A stretch of 64,000 nt of DNA. Source: Thermoplasmatales archaeon (lineage in GTDB: Archaea > Thermoplasmatota > Thermoplasmata > Thermoplasmatales > Thermoplasmataceae). This document shows, piece by piece, positions 42,297 through 53,500 of this stretch (position 1 is its first letter; each line of letters opens with the position of its first letter). The position numbers and the translations under genes are program-made. The stretch spans positions 192,001 to 256,000 of the forward strand of contig DAIDBH010000018.1 in NCBI GenBank assembly GCA_027310185.1, in the 5' to 3' direction. The notes under the pieces are model-generated. The model was given only the letters and a program-made list of their open reading frames with translations. It did no database searches and was not told the DNA's origin.

Positions 42297-44552
42297 ATGG
42301 AAAACAGCAATGGGAAAAAATCGAGGAAAGTGCCTTCAGTATACTGGAGGAGACTCTACAGACAATTTAAAGTATTCTATCACAGCTCTTATGGAAAGGT
42401 AGGGTTCTTCATACTGCTTGCATTTGCAGTAATTACTCTTGTTACTCCTTTCGTTGTGGCTAATCCTAATTATACCTACATAGCTCCTGAGGTTGATACC
42501 CACGTAGCCTGTGAGATAACACAGACAAACCTCAGAAATATAGCTGGTAACAACTCAGTTTCGAAGATATACTCTCCAATGTCAAGTGTATTACAAAACG
42601 AGGGGACATCTGCGATTTATGTAGGAACGAGCAACGGTAAGATATATGCATATGGTCTCGGTGCAAATTCAGCTTTAAAGCTTGGGCAGTTAGAGGAGGT
42701 TTATAATTCACACATAAGTAAAAATGAAGTAATGTACCAGCCTACAATGTTTTCACTCATTAATTGCGCTGAGTTGACAGTCGGTCAGGCTCAGTTCGAG
42801 AGGTTTGTGGCCTTACCAATACAAAACGGAACAAGTGGATATGTAAACATTGGAACAATTTCCTACGTGTTCGATGGTTATACAAGCCCAACGTACAGTT
42901 CTGTAACATCTTTTGATTACAATGGAACACTTCAAGGGAACATAACTTCAAACTCAGCTCCATTTACAGGCACCGTATCAACAAGTATACCATCATTCTA
43001 TTACGAGAATTTAAGTCAATCACCAAGTGGACAGATTTACCTTGTCTCGCACAACCTGACAGGAAATTATCTGTATAGGTATCAGATTTCCCCGTCAGAA
43101 TTAATAAGTGTTGAGAAATTGAACATGAAGAGTGTGAAGGATATATCCTATTACGGCTCATCATTTACCCCGTCCTTGTTCGATTCCAATGCACTGATTT
43201 TGGTTTGGAACAACACATCTGTTAATGCCTATTCAGCAAACAAAGGAAATCTTGTCTGGTCAAAGTATATCGGTTCCACCTTTAATTCTAGGGTAGGTCC
43301 AGTAATACCAAAATTTTATCAGACGAGTTACTCAACAAACAATTCAGCATACTACCTGAGTGGGGGAAAAGTGGAAAGGATCAACCTGGACACAGGATTC
43401 AATCAAACAGTTGTAAGCTTGAAAACCACACTAATCGGCTTATCTGTAACTCCTGGGCACTCTGGTCTTCCAAGTGATATTATTGCAACATCAAGATCTA
43501 ATTCCACTGTTCTGACATTCAACGGAACAGGTGCAGTCAGAATAAAGTCAGCAGCATTTCCTATTGATACAGGCTCATTCACAGCAACAGCAACCTACGA
43601 TAGCGTAGCAAATTCACTTATCCTGGTTTCAAACAAAGGCTCAATACTCTCATTCAGCTTGACATCAGGCTCCAGATTTCCATATTCGTGGACTGCAGAT
43701 CTTTCCCCAATACCTAAGAACACATCAAATGTACTCTTATTCAAAGATTCAACAACGGGAGTAGATGCAATTGCAGTTACAGGGAGCAACAATTACATCT
43801 ACGTGTACAGTGCAACTGCGAAAGAGGTAACTCCCACAGGACCCATGATTAAAACACCTTCAGGTACAAGTTTTTTGCTTGGTACAACCCAATATGGAAA
43901 TGATGTATGGGCAAGGTTCATGGAAAGCTTTGGGAACGACTGGATCTTTGGAATTTCAATAGGTTTTTTCACCATAATAATCTCTCTGGCAGTTGCGATG
44001 TATGTTGGTTATAAGGGAGGCTTTGGAGGAGAGGCTGTTGAGACATTGTCCCTTGCCCTGTTCCTTGTACCTAGTCTGGCTCTTCTGATTGCACTATCGT
44101 CTGTCATTAACGGTGCCGATTTCATAACATTGATACTTATAGTAAGTTTAACTGGATGGCCTTTCGCCGCCTTTACCCTGATAGGAGTTGTTAGAGGAGT
44201 GTCGGCGCGTTCATTTGTAGAAGCCTCAAAATTGTTTGGTTCCAAAAGTGGTTCTATCATGAGGCGTCACATAATGCCAAATATAGGACCGCTGCTGCTT
44301 TACCTTCTTGCACTTTCCATTGGAGGCGGAATAGGTGCAGTATCTGGTCTTGAGTTCCTTGGCCTTGCTCCATTAACAACCGCAACCTGGGGAGGAATGC
44401 TCAACGCTGCTTACACAGATTACTTCGTAGTTGTAACACAGCCTCAATGGATTTTGCCACCTGCTATAGCCCTAACCATGTTCATATTCTCACTGATATT
44501 TGTATCAAGAGGAATGGACGAAGTTGTAAACCCGAGACTCAGGAGGAGGTAA
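42297..44552 (+). CDS. dppC: Peptide ABC transporter permease DppC with large extracellular insertion
   Basis: OppC-type N-terminal helix, ~470-aa soluble insert, then LLGTTQYGNDVW.R, FVEASKLFG, RHIMPN, WGGML and NPRLR. Confidence 0.85.
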   Translation: MENSNGKKSRKVPSVYWRRLYRQFKVFYHSSYGKVGFFILLAFAVITLVTPFVVANPNYTYIAPEVDTHVACEITQTNLRNIAGNNSVSKIYSPMSSVLQNEGTSAIYVGTSNGKIYAYGLGANSALKLGQLEEVYNSHISKNEVMYQPTMFSLINCAELTVGQAQFERFVALPIQNGTSGYVNIGTISYVFDGYTSPTYSSVTSFDYNGTLQGNITSNSAPFTGTVSTSIPSFYYENLSQSPSGQIYLVSHNLTGNYLYRYQISPSELISVEKLNMKSVKDISYYGSSFTPSLFDSNALILVWNNTSVNAYSANKGNLVWSKYIGSTFNSRVGPVIPKFYQTSYSTNNSAYYLSGGKVERINLDTGFNQTVVSLKTTLIGLSVTPGHSGLPSDIIATSRSNSTVLTFNGTGAVRIKSAAFPIDTGSFTATATYDSVANSLILVSNKGSILSFSLTSGSRFPYSWTADLSPIPKNTSNVLLFKDSTTGVDAIAVTGSNNYIYVYSATAKEVTPTGPMIKTPSGTSFLLGTTQYGNDVWARFMESFGNDWIFGISIGFFTIIISLAVAMYVGYKGGFGGEAVETLSLALFLVPSLALLIALSSVINGADFITLILIVSLTGWPFAAFTLIGVVRGVSARSFVEASKLFGSKSGSIMRRHIMPNIGPLLLYLLALSIGGGIGAVSGLEFLGLAPLTTATWGGMLNAAYTDYFVVVTQPQWILPPAIALTMFIFSLIFVSRGMDEVVNPRLRRR

Positions 44553-44553
44553 A

Positions 44554-47055
44554 ATGTTAGAAGAGGAAATCACCAATTCAAAGACACTGATAAAGATAGA
44601 TGATCTATCAGTTCATTTCAGGACATTCGAAGGAAGAGTACAGGCTCTGGACGGGATCAACCTTGATCTGAATGAAGGAGAAATACTTGGGATCATAGGA
44701 GAAAGCGGTTCAGGAAAATCTACCACGGCACTATCTTTGCTTGGGCTACTTCCAGATAATGCTGAAATAACAGGGTCAGTTGTATATATAGACAAGGATA
44801 TAATAAATTCTAACGACACCGTGTCAGATAAAAAGATGGGGATAAAAGCTAGAAGAATGCTGGATCAGCGTCTGGCAGAAATCAGGTGGAAAGAAATTTC
44901 TATGATATTTCAGGGAGCTATGAACGCTTTTAACCCAGTTCATACCATAAGGAACCAGATCAAAGAAGTATTTGAAATACACAACACATTTTCTGACATT
45001 TCTAACCTAACCGACGCGGATTTCATAGATGAAGGAAACTTGAGGGCAAGAGCCAATGAGTTGGCTCTGGAAGAGATAAAAAACAAGGAAAGTGCCGAAT
45101 TTAAGATCATTGAAGATAAAATTTACGAAGAGATGGTAGAAAAGCTGAGAAACGATCTCAGGACTATGTCTGCAAAGGATAAGAAGAGACTTCTTGAGAA
45201 TAACAGGATGGAGAGCAGTTGCAGGAAAGCCGGATTCAACACAAAGTTCCTAGATGCATATCCCCACGAATTAAGTGGTGGAATGAAGCAGAGAGGAATC
45301 ATCGCAATGGCACTTGCTCTTAATCCTAAGGTGGTTATCGCAGATGAACCAACAACTGGCTTGGATGTTATAACACAGGCAAAGATAATAAAAGAATTAA
45401 AAGGACTGAAGGACAGTAAAATTATCAAATCTATGATAGTTATATCTCACGATGTTGGTGTTGTTTCACAGCTGGCCAATTATGTTGCCGTCATGTACGC
45501 GGGGAGGGTCATGGAGTATGGAGAACCCAAGGACATCTTCGTAAATCCCAGAAATCCCTACACATACGCACTTATGCACAGTTATCCCTCTATCGATGCA
45601 ACGAAACAGAGAATTCATGGTATTCCCGGATCAGTTCCAGACTTAATAGATCCACCAAAAGGATGCTATTTTGCCAGTAGATGTTTCATGGCAGATGACA
45701 TCTGTCATAAGGAGAAACCACCTCTCAGGAGTTTGAGCCCAGATCATAGATCTCTATGTCATTTTGACGAGATAGACGAGAAAAAGTATCTCAGTGTGCA
45801 GAGGTATAGTGATGAACTGTTGCCTGACCCAGCTGCCGGTACTCAGCCAGTACTTTTAGAAGCAAAGGACCTGAGCAAATATTTCTCAGTGCATTCAAAT
45901 CTTACGACTAATCTCTTTGGCGGTGCCAACAAGCCGGTTGTACATGCTGTAGATATGGTAAATCTACTCATACGGAAGAAAGTAATAATAGGAGTAGTTG
46001 GTGAAAGTGGATCAGGAAAAACAACACTAGGCAAACTCCTTGTAAATGCAATTGAACCAACCAGTGGTAAACTTATATTCAAGTTCGATCAGGTTTCGAG
46101 CGGAAAACAGCTTGAGAACGAAGAAATACCACTCAATGTGGATCCTCAGGACAAGCAAGCTCAGGAAGAATTAGAAAGAGAAAGGGAAAGACGAAATGAT
46201 ATAGCACTAATAAGCAAGAAGAGCCAGAGATATAGCATTTACAGGAAGGAAAGCCAACTGATCTTCCAGGACCCATACGACTCAATAAACCCTAAAATGT
46301 CAATTTTCGATATTGTGGCAGAGCCGCTTCTGATACAAAGAAAGGAGATAATGGGAAGAAGAGTTCAGGGAAGTGCCAATAATAGTTCAACCGAAGAGTT
46401 CGACATCGAAAAGGAAGTACTGGGTGCTCTTGATATTGCAAATCTTAGACCTCCAGAACATTACATTGAGAGATACCCGCATGAACTTTCCGGCGGAGAA
46501 AGGCAGAGGGTTTCCATCGCACGTTCAATAACTCTTAACCCGTCTTTCCTGGTAGCAGATGAGCCTATTTCAATGCTTGATGTTTCCATCAGGGCAAATA
46601 TAATGAATCTTCTTCTAGATCTGAAGGACAAGAGGGACATATCTGTGCTTTATATTTCACATGATATAGCCTCAGCTAGATATGTTTCTGATTTCATAGT
46701 TGTGATGTATCTGGGCCAGATTGTGGAATTTGGTAAATCAGAAGAAACGATCAGGAACCCACTCCATCCATATACGAAAGCATTAATTTCAGCTGTACCA
46801 AGCCTTAACCCTGAATGGGTCAATAAGGGACTGGACATAGTAGGAGAAATTGGGAGCGCAATCAATCCACCAAAGGGATGTAGATTCTATGGGAGGTGCG
46901 TTTACCATAAGGATATTTGCAAGTCAGAGGATCCACCACTGCAGCAGACAGGATACAGATATTATAGCTGTCACTTTGCACAGGATGAACTGACAAGGGA
47001 GGAATCAATGGAAAAAGTGGAGAGTGGTGAAGAAGGAGAATACATGACGGAGTAG
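44554..47055 (+). CDS. Fused DppD-DppF ABC ATPase (two NBDs)
   Basis: Two Walker A (GESGSGKS/T), two YPHELSGG, two ADEP and two C-terminal Cys motifs (PPKGC.F..RC...IC....P...CH). Confidence 0.92.
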   Translation: MLEEEITNSKTLIKIDDLSVHFRTFEGRVQALDGINLDLNEGEILGIIGESGSGKSTTALSLLGLLPDNAEITGSVVYIDKDIINSNDTVSDKKMGIKARRMLDQRLAEIRWKEISMIFQGAMNAFNPVHTIRNQIKEVFEIHNTFSDISNLTDADFIDEGNLRARANELALEEIKNKESAEFKIIEDKIYEEMVEKLRNDLRTMSAKDKKRLLENNRMESSCRKAGFNTKFLDAYPHELSGGMKQRGIIAMALALNPKVVIADEPTTGLDVITQAKIIKELKGLKDSKIIKSMIVISHDVGVVSQLANYVAVMYAGRVMEYGEPKDIFVNPRNPYTYALMHSYPSIDATKQRIHGIPGSVPDLIDPPKGCYFASRCFMADDICHKEKPPLRSLSPDHRSLCHFDEIDEKKYLSVQRYSDELLPDPAAGTQPVLLEAKDLSKYFSVHSNLTTNLFGGANKPVVHAVDMVNLLIRKKVIIGVVGESGSGKTTLGKLLVNAIEPTSGKLIFKFDQVSSGKQLENEEIPLNVDPQDKQAQEELERERERRNDIALISKKSQRYSIYRKESQLIFQDPYDSINPKMSIFDIVAEPLLIQRKEIMGRRVQGSANNSSTEEFDIEKEVLGALDIANLRPPEHYIERYPHELSGGERQRVSIARSITLNPSFLVADEPISMLDVSIRANIMNLLLDLKDKRDISVLYISHDIASARYVSDFIVVMYLGQIVEFGKSEETIRNPLHPYTKALISAVPSLNPEWVNKGLDIVGEIGSAINPPKGCRFYGRCVYHKDICKSEDPPLQQTGYRYYSCHFAQDELTREESMEKVESGEEGEYMTE

Positions 47056-47058
47056 TAA

Positions 47059-47445
47059 ATGGAAAATTCTGCACCAGACGAAGAACTCAGAAGGAAGGAA
47101 AAGATACAAACAAGATTCAAACTAACAGTTCCTCCGATGGTTCTTCTTTTCATTTTATTCATATCCGGGATTGTACTCCTGCTTGCAGGTGCTCTTTCCA
47201 TAGCAAACGTTTTTCCCCTTATACTTGTAATGGTTGGCTTTGTAATCATTTTTTTCGGTGCATTTTACGATTTTGGTGCGAATAGATATGTTAACAATAT
47301 GTTTCAGTCAAAAGCTTCATTGAGAGAAAAGGACGTAGTCCAGATCAACAGAGAACAGCTAATAATGACCGTGATTTTTGTCGGCGTCGGCGGTCTCTAT
47401 ATTTTGATGGGTGTTGCACTATTCTATGTGATTGCGTTTTTCTAA
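47059..47445 (+). CDS. Hypothetical membrane protein (3 TM)
   Basis: Hydrophobic helices; starts 3 nt after the ATPase stop. Confidence 0.7.
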   Translation: MENSAPDEELRRKEKIQTRFKLTVPPMVLLFILFISGIVLLLAGALSIANVFPLILVMVGFVIIFFGAFYDFGANRYVNNMFQSKASLREKDVVQINREQLIMTVIFVGVGGLYILMGVALFYVIAFF

Positions 47446-47522
47446 GGTTGTCTCAATTCCTTGTAAAACGAAGAAATTAAATTTCAACAAACGGAAATTA
47501 AAAATATGCACGACTGATCTCC

Positions 47523-50024
47523 ATGGATATGGGTAAAAAATTACTTGCCATAATCATTGTAGTATCATTCATTGTTGTTGGGTCGATGTCATACGTTTCC
47601 AATTCCCTGAATATTCTCAATCCATCCACTGGAGTATTCAGGAGTGCAAATGGAACTAACTTCACATCAGGTAATTTCATTGTTCCTGGACTTGAAAATG
47701 ATGTCAACATTACCATTGATAGCTCAGGAATTGCACATATAACTGCTAAAAACAACCATGATCTCTTCTACGCGCAGGGATATTATTCCGCATGTCAGAG
47801 ATTATTCCAGATGGAATTGCAGGCAACAGTAGCAGCAGGAAATCTCAGCAACTTCGTTGGAGCATCCGGATTACAGTCTGATTATACCATGAGGCTCATA
47901 GGTCTAACCAGGGATGCATACACTCTAGAGAGAGATCTTGAAGCAAATTACTCCAGCTATTTCAATTACATCAAGTGGTATTCTGAGGGTGTTGATGCAT
48001 ATATAAACAATACAAAATCTGTCTCAACCCATCTGGGTTTCCATCTTCTCGGGATCAAGCCATTCAAATGGACTGTATTCGACAGCCTTGTATGGCAGGA
48101 ATATATGTCATGGTCCCTTGCAACAGGATCAACAAATGTTCTGCAATCAGATCTTTTTGTAAATTCACTAGGATTTTCAAACTACAGTGAAATATGGCCA
48201 TATTATCCATACTATACGGAAAACATAACGATGATTCCTGGAAGTGGAACCGTAAATAATTTCAACCTCACTGATCAGGGAATCAGCCAATCTTATCTAT
48301 GGAAACAGGATTTCTTCCAGGAATGGGCAACGGGAATATCATCAAATCTTCTGAGCAATCTTTCTGCACTAATCAGAGATTCATGTGACAATATATCTGA
48401 CCCGTATAACCTGCCGGGATCACATCTTACAGGTTCACCAATAGGAAGCAACAGCTGGGTGATCACCTCCACGCAGTCCTCCGATGGCGATCCCATGATG
48501 GCCAACGATCCTCATCTTCCACTTCTTGCCCCCTCACTCTGGATAGAATTTCAGCTGAAGGATCCTGCATTTAATACAACTGGCTGGGGACTTGCAGGAT
48601 TGCCAGGTATACTAATAGGTCACACAGGAAATACTTCCTTTGGATTAACAACACCTGAGGGAAACTCTGCCAATGATTATGTAGAATTCCTGAAAGGAGA
48701 TACCTATCTTTACAATGGTACATACATCCCTATGGAAACTTGCAGCTACACGCAGGCAGGAATTGATTATAAAATATATATTACAAATAATGGTCCGCTA
48801 ATAGGAAGGATCGGCAACATAGGAATAAGTATGAACTGGGATGCCAGCTCACCAAGTACTGACCTGATTGCAGAGATTTTACTGGACCAGGCATCAAACT
48901 ACTCCCAGATGATGAATGCATTGAAATACTGGGGACCTGCACCACCCCAGAATTTTGCACTCGTTTCATTGCATCATGCAGGGTACATCACCGCTGGAGG
49001 ATATCCCCTAATAAAAGAAACGTTACCAGACGGCAAAACACTGAAAGTTGTTGGTTCAGTATCACTTCTTAACGGGTCAGACCCTCAGTACAGAGAAACG
49101 GGTTATGTACCATTCAACTACCTACCACAGGAAGTCAATCCAGAAAGGGGATACATGTTCGCTCCGAACCAGCCAACTGTGGGCAAGAACTATCCATTCC
49201 CGTTCGTTGGTTCATACTGGTCTACAGGAGGAAGGGCCGAAACAATAGATCACTATCTTCAGAATCACACTAAAATGACCATTTCCAATATGATGGCACT
49301 TCAATCTAATGTTACCGATTACTGGGCGTCACAGTTCAATCCAATTATCTTGAAGGCCATTTCTGGAATGAAATCAATGAACAGTACAGAAGAAGAAGCT
49401 TACAACCTTCTTTCCAGCTGGAATTATTCTTTCTATGAGCCAATGAAGAATCCTACAGTATACCAGTATGTGACTGCTGCCTTCTATAACATTACATATG
49501 ACAGGGTACTGAAGGAAAAGGGTATCTACAATTACACACCATGCGTATACATAAACACCGCAATATTCATGGCAAGAAACGATCCATCATCAACATGGTT
49601 CAACGGGAACTTCACCCTGACCATGCAGAAAGCCTTTGTGATCGCAGTTGCCTTCATGGATGCAAAACTCGGTCCTGAGAAGAACTGGGACTGGGGTAAC
49701 ATACACAAACTTGAGATCGCAAGCCTGACAGGAATAAGCTCTCTTGGCATAGGACCGATGCCAATATGGGGTGGGAGGCATACCGTTAGCGTGGGTAGCA
49801 TACCAAGACTGCTTGAATATCCCCTTCCATGCGTTTCCATAGGTTCATCACTCAGAACTATCGCAAGACCAGGATCTGGAACTTTTTACGGCGTGTTTCC
49901 AGGAGGTCCCAGTGAGAATATCCTGAGCCACTGGTTCGATAACCAGCTTCCTAAATGGCTGGATCATGAATATTATCCAATGCAGGGCTTACCTGTGGAG
50001 GTGAGGATAACTTATGAACCTTAA
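47523..50024 (+). CDS. Penicillin acylase family Ntn-hydrolase (peptidase S45), N-terminally membrane-anchored
   Basis: GIAHI.A...DLFYAQGY..A..RLFQM, autoprocessing GSNSW, ANDPHL, GLPGILIGH, PPQNF and PGGPSEN motifs. Confidence 0.92.
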   Translation: MDMGKKLLAIIIVVSFIVVGSMSYVSNSLNILNPSTGVFRSANGTNFTSGNFIVPGLENDVNITIDSSGIAHITAKNNHDLFYAQGYYSACQRLFQMELQATVAAGNLSNFVGASGLQSDYTMRLIGLTRDAYTLERDLEANYSSYFNYIKWYSEGVDAYINNTKSVSTHLGFHLLGIKPFKWTVFDSLVWQEYMSWSLATGSTNVLQSDLFVNSLGFSNYSEIWPYYPYYTENITMIPGSGTVNNFNLTDQGISQSYLWKQDFFQEWATGISSNLLSNLSALIRDSCDNISDPYNLPGSHLTGSPIGSNSWVITSTQSSDGDPMMANDPHLPLLAPSLWIEFQLKDPAFNTTGWGLAGLPGILIGHTGNTSFGLTTPEGNSANDYVEFLKGDTYLYNGTYIPMETCSYTQAGIDYKIYITNNGPLIGRIGNIGISMNWDASSPSTDLIAEILLDQASNYSQMMNALKYWGPAPPQNFALVSLHHAGYITAGGYPLIKETLPDGKTLKVVGSVSLLNGSDPQYRETGYVPFNYLPQEVNPERGYMFAPNQPTVGKNYPFPFVGSYWSTGGRAETIDHYLQNHTKMTISNMMALQSNVTDYWASQFNPIILKAISGMKSMNSTEEEAYNLLSSWNYSFYEPMKNPTVYQYVTAAFYNITYDRVLKEKGIYNYTPCVYINTAIFMARNDPSSTWFNGNFTLTMQKAFVIAVAFMDAKLGPEKNWDWGNIHKLEIASLTGISSLGIGPMPIWGGRHTVSVGSIPRLLEYPLPCVSIGSSLRTIARPGSGTFYGVFPGGPSENILSHWFDNQLPKWLDHEYYPMQGLPVEVRITYEP

Positions 50025-50397
50025 ATTCTCCATACTGGCCGTGGCAGTCTCCGCCATCCTGTCACTCCTTGTAGCTTTTTTCCTGAAGGATGCAATTTAT
50101 GTAATAATTTCAGCGATTCCACTTGCAGTCATCAAAAAGAAGTGGGCGATCACATATGGTTTCCTGATAGGTACTCTATCATTCATGTCCGTCTATCTAC
50201 AGTATCCATTTTCAAGTTCAGTCAGGATATCGACGGTCGTAGGTTCAGTTACATCCATCCCCTCGGTTCTGGTTTTAATTCTCTACCCTCTGCTGGGTGG
50301 TATTATAGGTGGTTTTGCCGGACTTTTATGGTCATCCATATACGAGCTGTCAGGAAAAAAGGATGTTAAAAAGCTCGTAAAAGTAAAGGATGCATAG
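50014..50397 (+). CDS. Hypothetical membrane protein
   Basis: Four hydrophobic segments; overlaps the acylase stop; GGAGGTGA SD upstream. Confidence 0.7.
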   Translation: MNLKFSILAVAVSAILSLLVAFFLKDAIYVIISAIPLAVIKKKWAITYGFLIGTLSFMSVYLQYPFSSSVRISTVVGSVTSIPSVLVLILYPLLGGIIGGFAGLLWSSIYELSGKKDVKKLVKVKDA

Positions 50398-50531
50398 CCG
50401 CACATTAAATTGGATTCTTAATTATTATAAGTCTTATTTTCTCGGTTATCTTTTTCAGTTGGAAATATTTACCATCAATGAAATTTATGCAGGTATACTA
50501 CCAATTAAATGAATGAAGTTTTTACCCGAAT

Positions 50532-53500
50532 GTGAAAAAAATTGCACTTATTACACTTATTATACTTATTGCAATTACAGCAACCATCCCTACATCAGGA
50601 TCAGGCAGACCTGAAGTTATACCATCATACGGAAATTATGCCCTAAAGGAAATGGGGTCTTATTCAAATAGCTCTGTAAAGATCGGTCTTATCGGCAATG
50701 ACACAGAATTCTTTCATTCCAACTTCAATGCCTCTTACAACAAATATCCTTTTTACATCAAAGCTAGCAACTATTACAACGCCAGTGGAATCTATTTTTC
50801 ATCTGATTCCGATAATATGTCACTTAATTTATCTTGGAATGAAAATGAAAGTTATTCCATGACGGAATCTTACTTCATGGTGTCCTTCGAGGGCCAGTCC
50901 ATCTCAGGTTGCTTCGGGTTGAAGTACAATTCGTATATTGCAGTTAAACAGGGTAAAAATGTGGATAAATTAATGAAACTGAGTCAGAACACCTTTTATA
51001 CGCTTTCCTTCACTTTCACCGGGCAAGATGTAATATTAATGGTACACAGTATGAACACTCTATATTACTCGGATTCATTTCAACCCACTTCCAGTCAAAC
51101 AGTGTCAAAAGATATCAATTTAACAATTCAGGGATATTACTACAACCTGTTTTTCGAAGAGCCAGCGTTTCAGGACAATAAACTTACTATCTATCCCTCC
51201 ATAATTAACCCGCATACGATTGAGTTGAAACATCAAGGTCTCTTTAGCCTAAAGGGGAAAAGTAAAGATTTCATATCCGATGAAGAAGCGGGTATATACT
51301 TCGTAGTCAATGGAAACAGTTCAATAGTGGAATATAACCCAAATTCAAACATGACAGGTGTGATTTACAGTTCCAGTGAGAATAATATAATCACTGCTGT
51401 TTCTGACAGAGGAGATACATACTGGCTCATAAGAAATGAAACTGATTCAGCGTATTGTGTGGAAGAACTTAACAATTCAAATCTATTCATGAATCTTAAA
51501 AAAGTTCCAGAGACTCCGTCAGGGAAGTTTGGAATCGTAATAATAAACAATGTCCTATCCTTTTATAATCAGACAGAGGTAATGGAAGCAGTCAGTGATC
51601 ATGTTGAGTTCAGATACAGTAACCGTGAAAGTTGTGGCTCAGCCATAGAGGGTATCTCCCAGTACAGAGGTACAACATATGTGTACTACAGGAATAAAAC
51701 CACCCTATCTATCCTTGATCAAGCTAATGGGAAGGTTTCCCATTTTGGCAATTTTCAGTCAATTACCAATTTCAGCCAGGAGGATGGGCAGCTAATATGT
51801 GGGATCAGTTTCAGCACTAATGCAGTGAGTTATTACTACCCGGAACTGGAAGTAATTTCAGGAAGAACCATAAACTTCATGGACAGGGATGAAGCTGGAC
51901 TTACCTATACTGGAGAGGCACTTGACATGCTTAATATTTCCACGCAAAGCCAAACCTTTTTTCAATATACCGGAAATTTATCATTTATATTCAGTGGTTC
52001 ATTCATAAGCATGTCAGGGAATTCATACTGTTTGTATCTCATTGATAATTCAAGTTCCTCAGATGTAAAAATCAAGGTTCCAGAAGATCAGTTGTTTTCC
52101 CCACTTGGATATTTCAATTTTACCATAACTGGAACATCATCCTTCACATCCAAACTTTTAATAGATGGAATCAGCAATGAAGGGATGAACAGGTCATCAT
52201 ATAATCTGAATCTTTCTTCACTGAATTCTGGAATATACAGTTATTTACTGCAGATATTAACGGCATCCCTTTACTATATAGTCCATACAGGCACAGTAAC
52301 AGTGGATAGTTCATTTCCAAATTTGACATTTTCCCGGAGCATCAAAAACGGGATATTTTCTGGGGAAGTGTTATGGTCTAAATATTCAGATTCAGCAGGT
52401 ATCACCCAAATAGTTGTGGATGGAGTCAATAACACCATAAACACTGTTAATTCAACAATATCATTCTTAATTCCACTTCATTATGCTTATAAATATCTTC
52501 AATTTGAGGTATTTTTCAGAGACACGTATAATGTAACCAGGTTTATCAAATTCAAATTAAGGTATTATGACGAGAATGGTTCAGGTGTTTTCCCTGATAT
52601 ATCTGAAAATCAGATATTCAACAGTAACAAATTATACATAACACTCCATGGAAATCCTGTTAATGTATCCCGAATCCTATTCGTTGTGAGAAATGAATCT
52701 TTCAGTAAGACACTTAACTATTCATCAGATATAACATCATTCTACCTGAATCTGGCTAACGGAGTCTACAGTATATCCACGTATGATCTATTTAGCGCAG
52801 GAAACAAGGTGTTTGAAGGAACTGTTAATTTCACTGTACTGTCAGAAAACCTGACTGTGACGGACAATAGCACAGTCAAAAGCTTTTACTCATTCTACGG
52901 TAATTCCGAAAACGATTCATTTAACTTTCATTATGCTGCCAGCATCAAAGGAATGTGGAACGTAAGAGTATATCACAATTCTGTGAAGGCCTTCACAGAG
53001 AAGGTAGGTGAGGAAAATTTATGGCTGAATTCCTCAGAAATAAAATATATATTCAGGGATAATGGCTCCTTTATATTCTACCTCAATTACAGCTCAGTCA
53101 ATAGGCATAATTATTCATCGAAGTTGGACATAGAGGTGAATAATTCCATCCCGTATTTCATAGCACCATCTTATTATTACACCAACACGTCTGTCCTCAA
53201 CTTATCAAAAGCATTCAGGTCCAATGGGAGAATAGATTACCTCATGAATGGAAACATGAGGATATTCAACGGCTCGGTCTATTTGAATCATACGGGAAAT
53301 TTCAGTTTTATATTTCACATATGGTCGAGATCAATGAATCACATCTCAAGGATCATATGGGTTAAATTCAACACATCTGCTCCTGAATACAAATTCATTG
53401 GTTTCAGCAGCAAAGTTACAAGGACATCCAATTTGAAGCTTTCAGTTGTCGCAAACGGAAAGGAACACATCTCTGGAGCTTTCCTCTTTTTTAATGGTCG

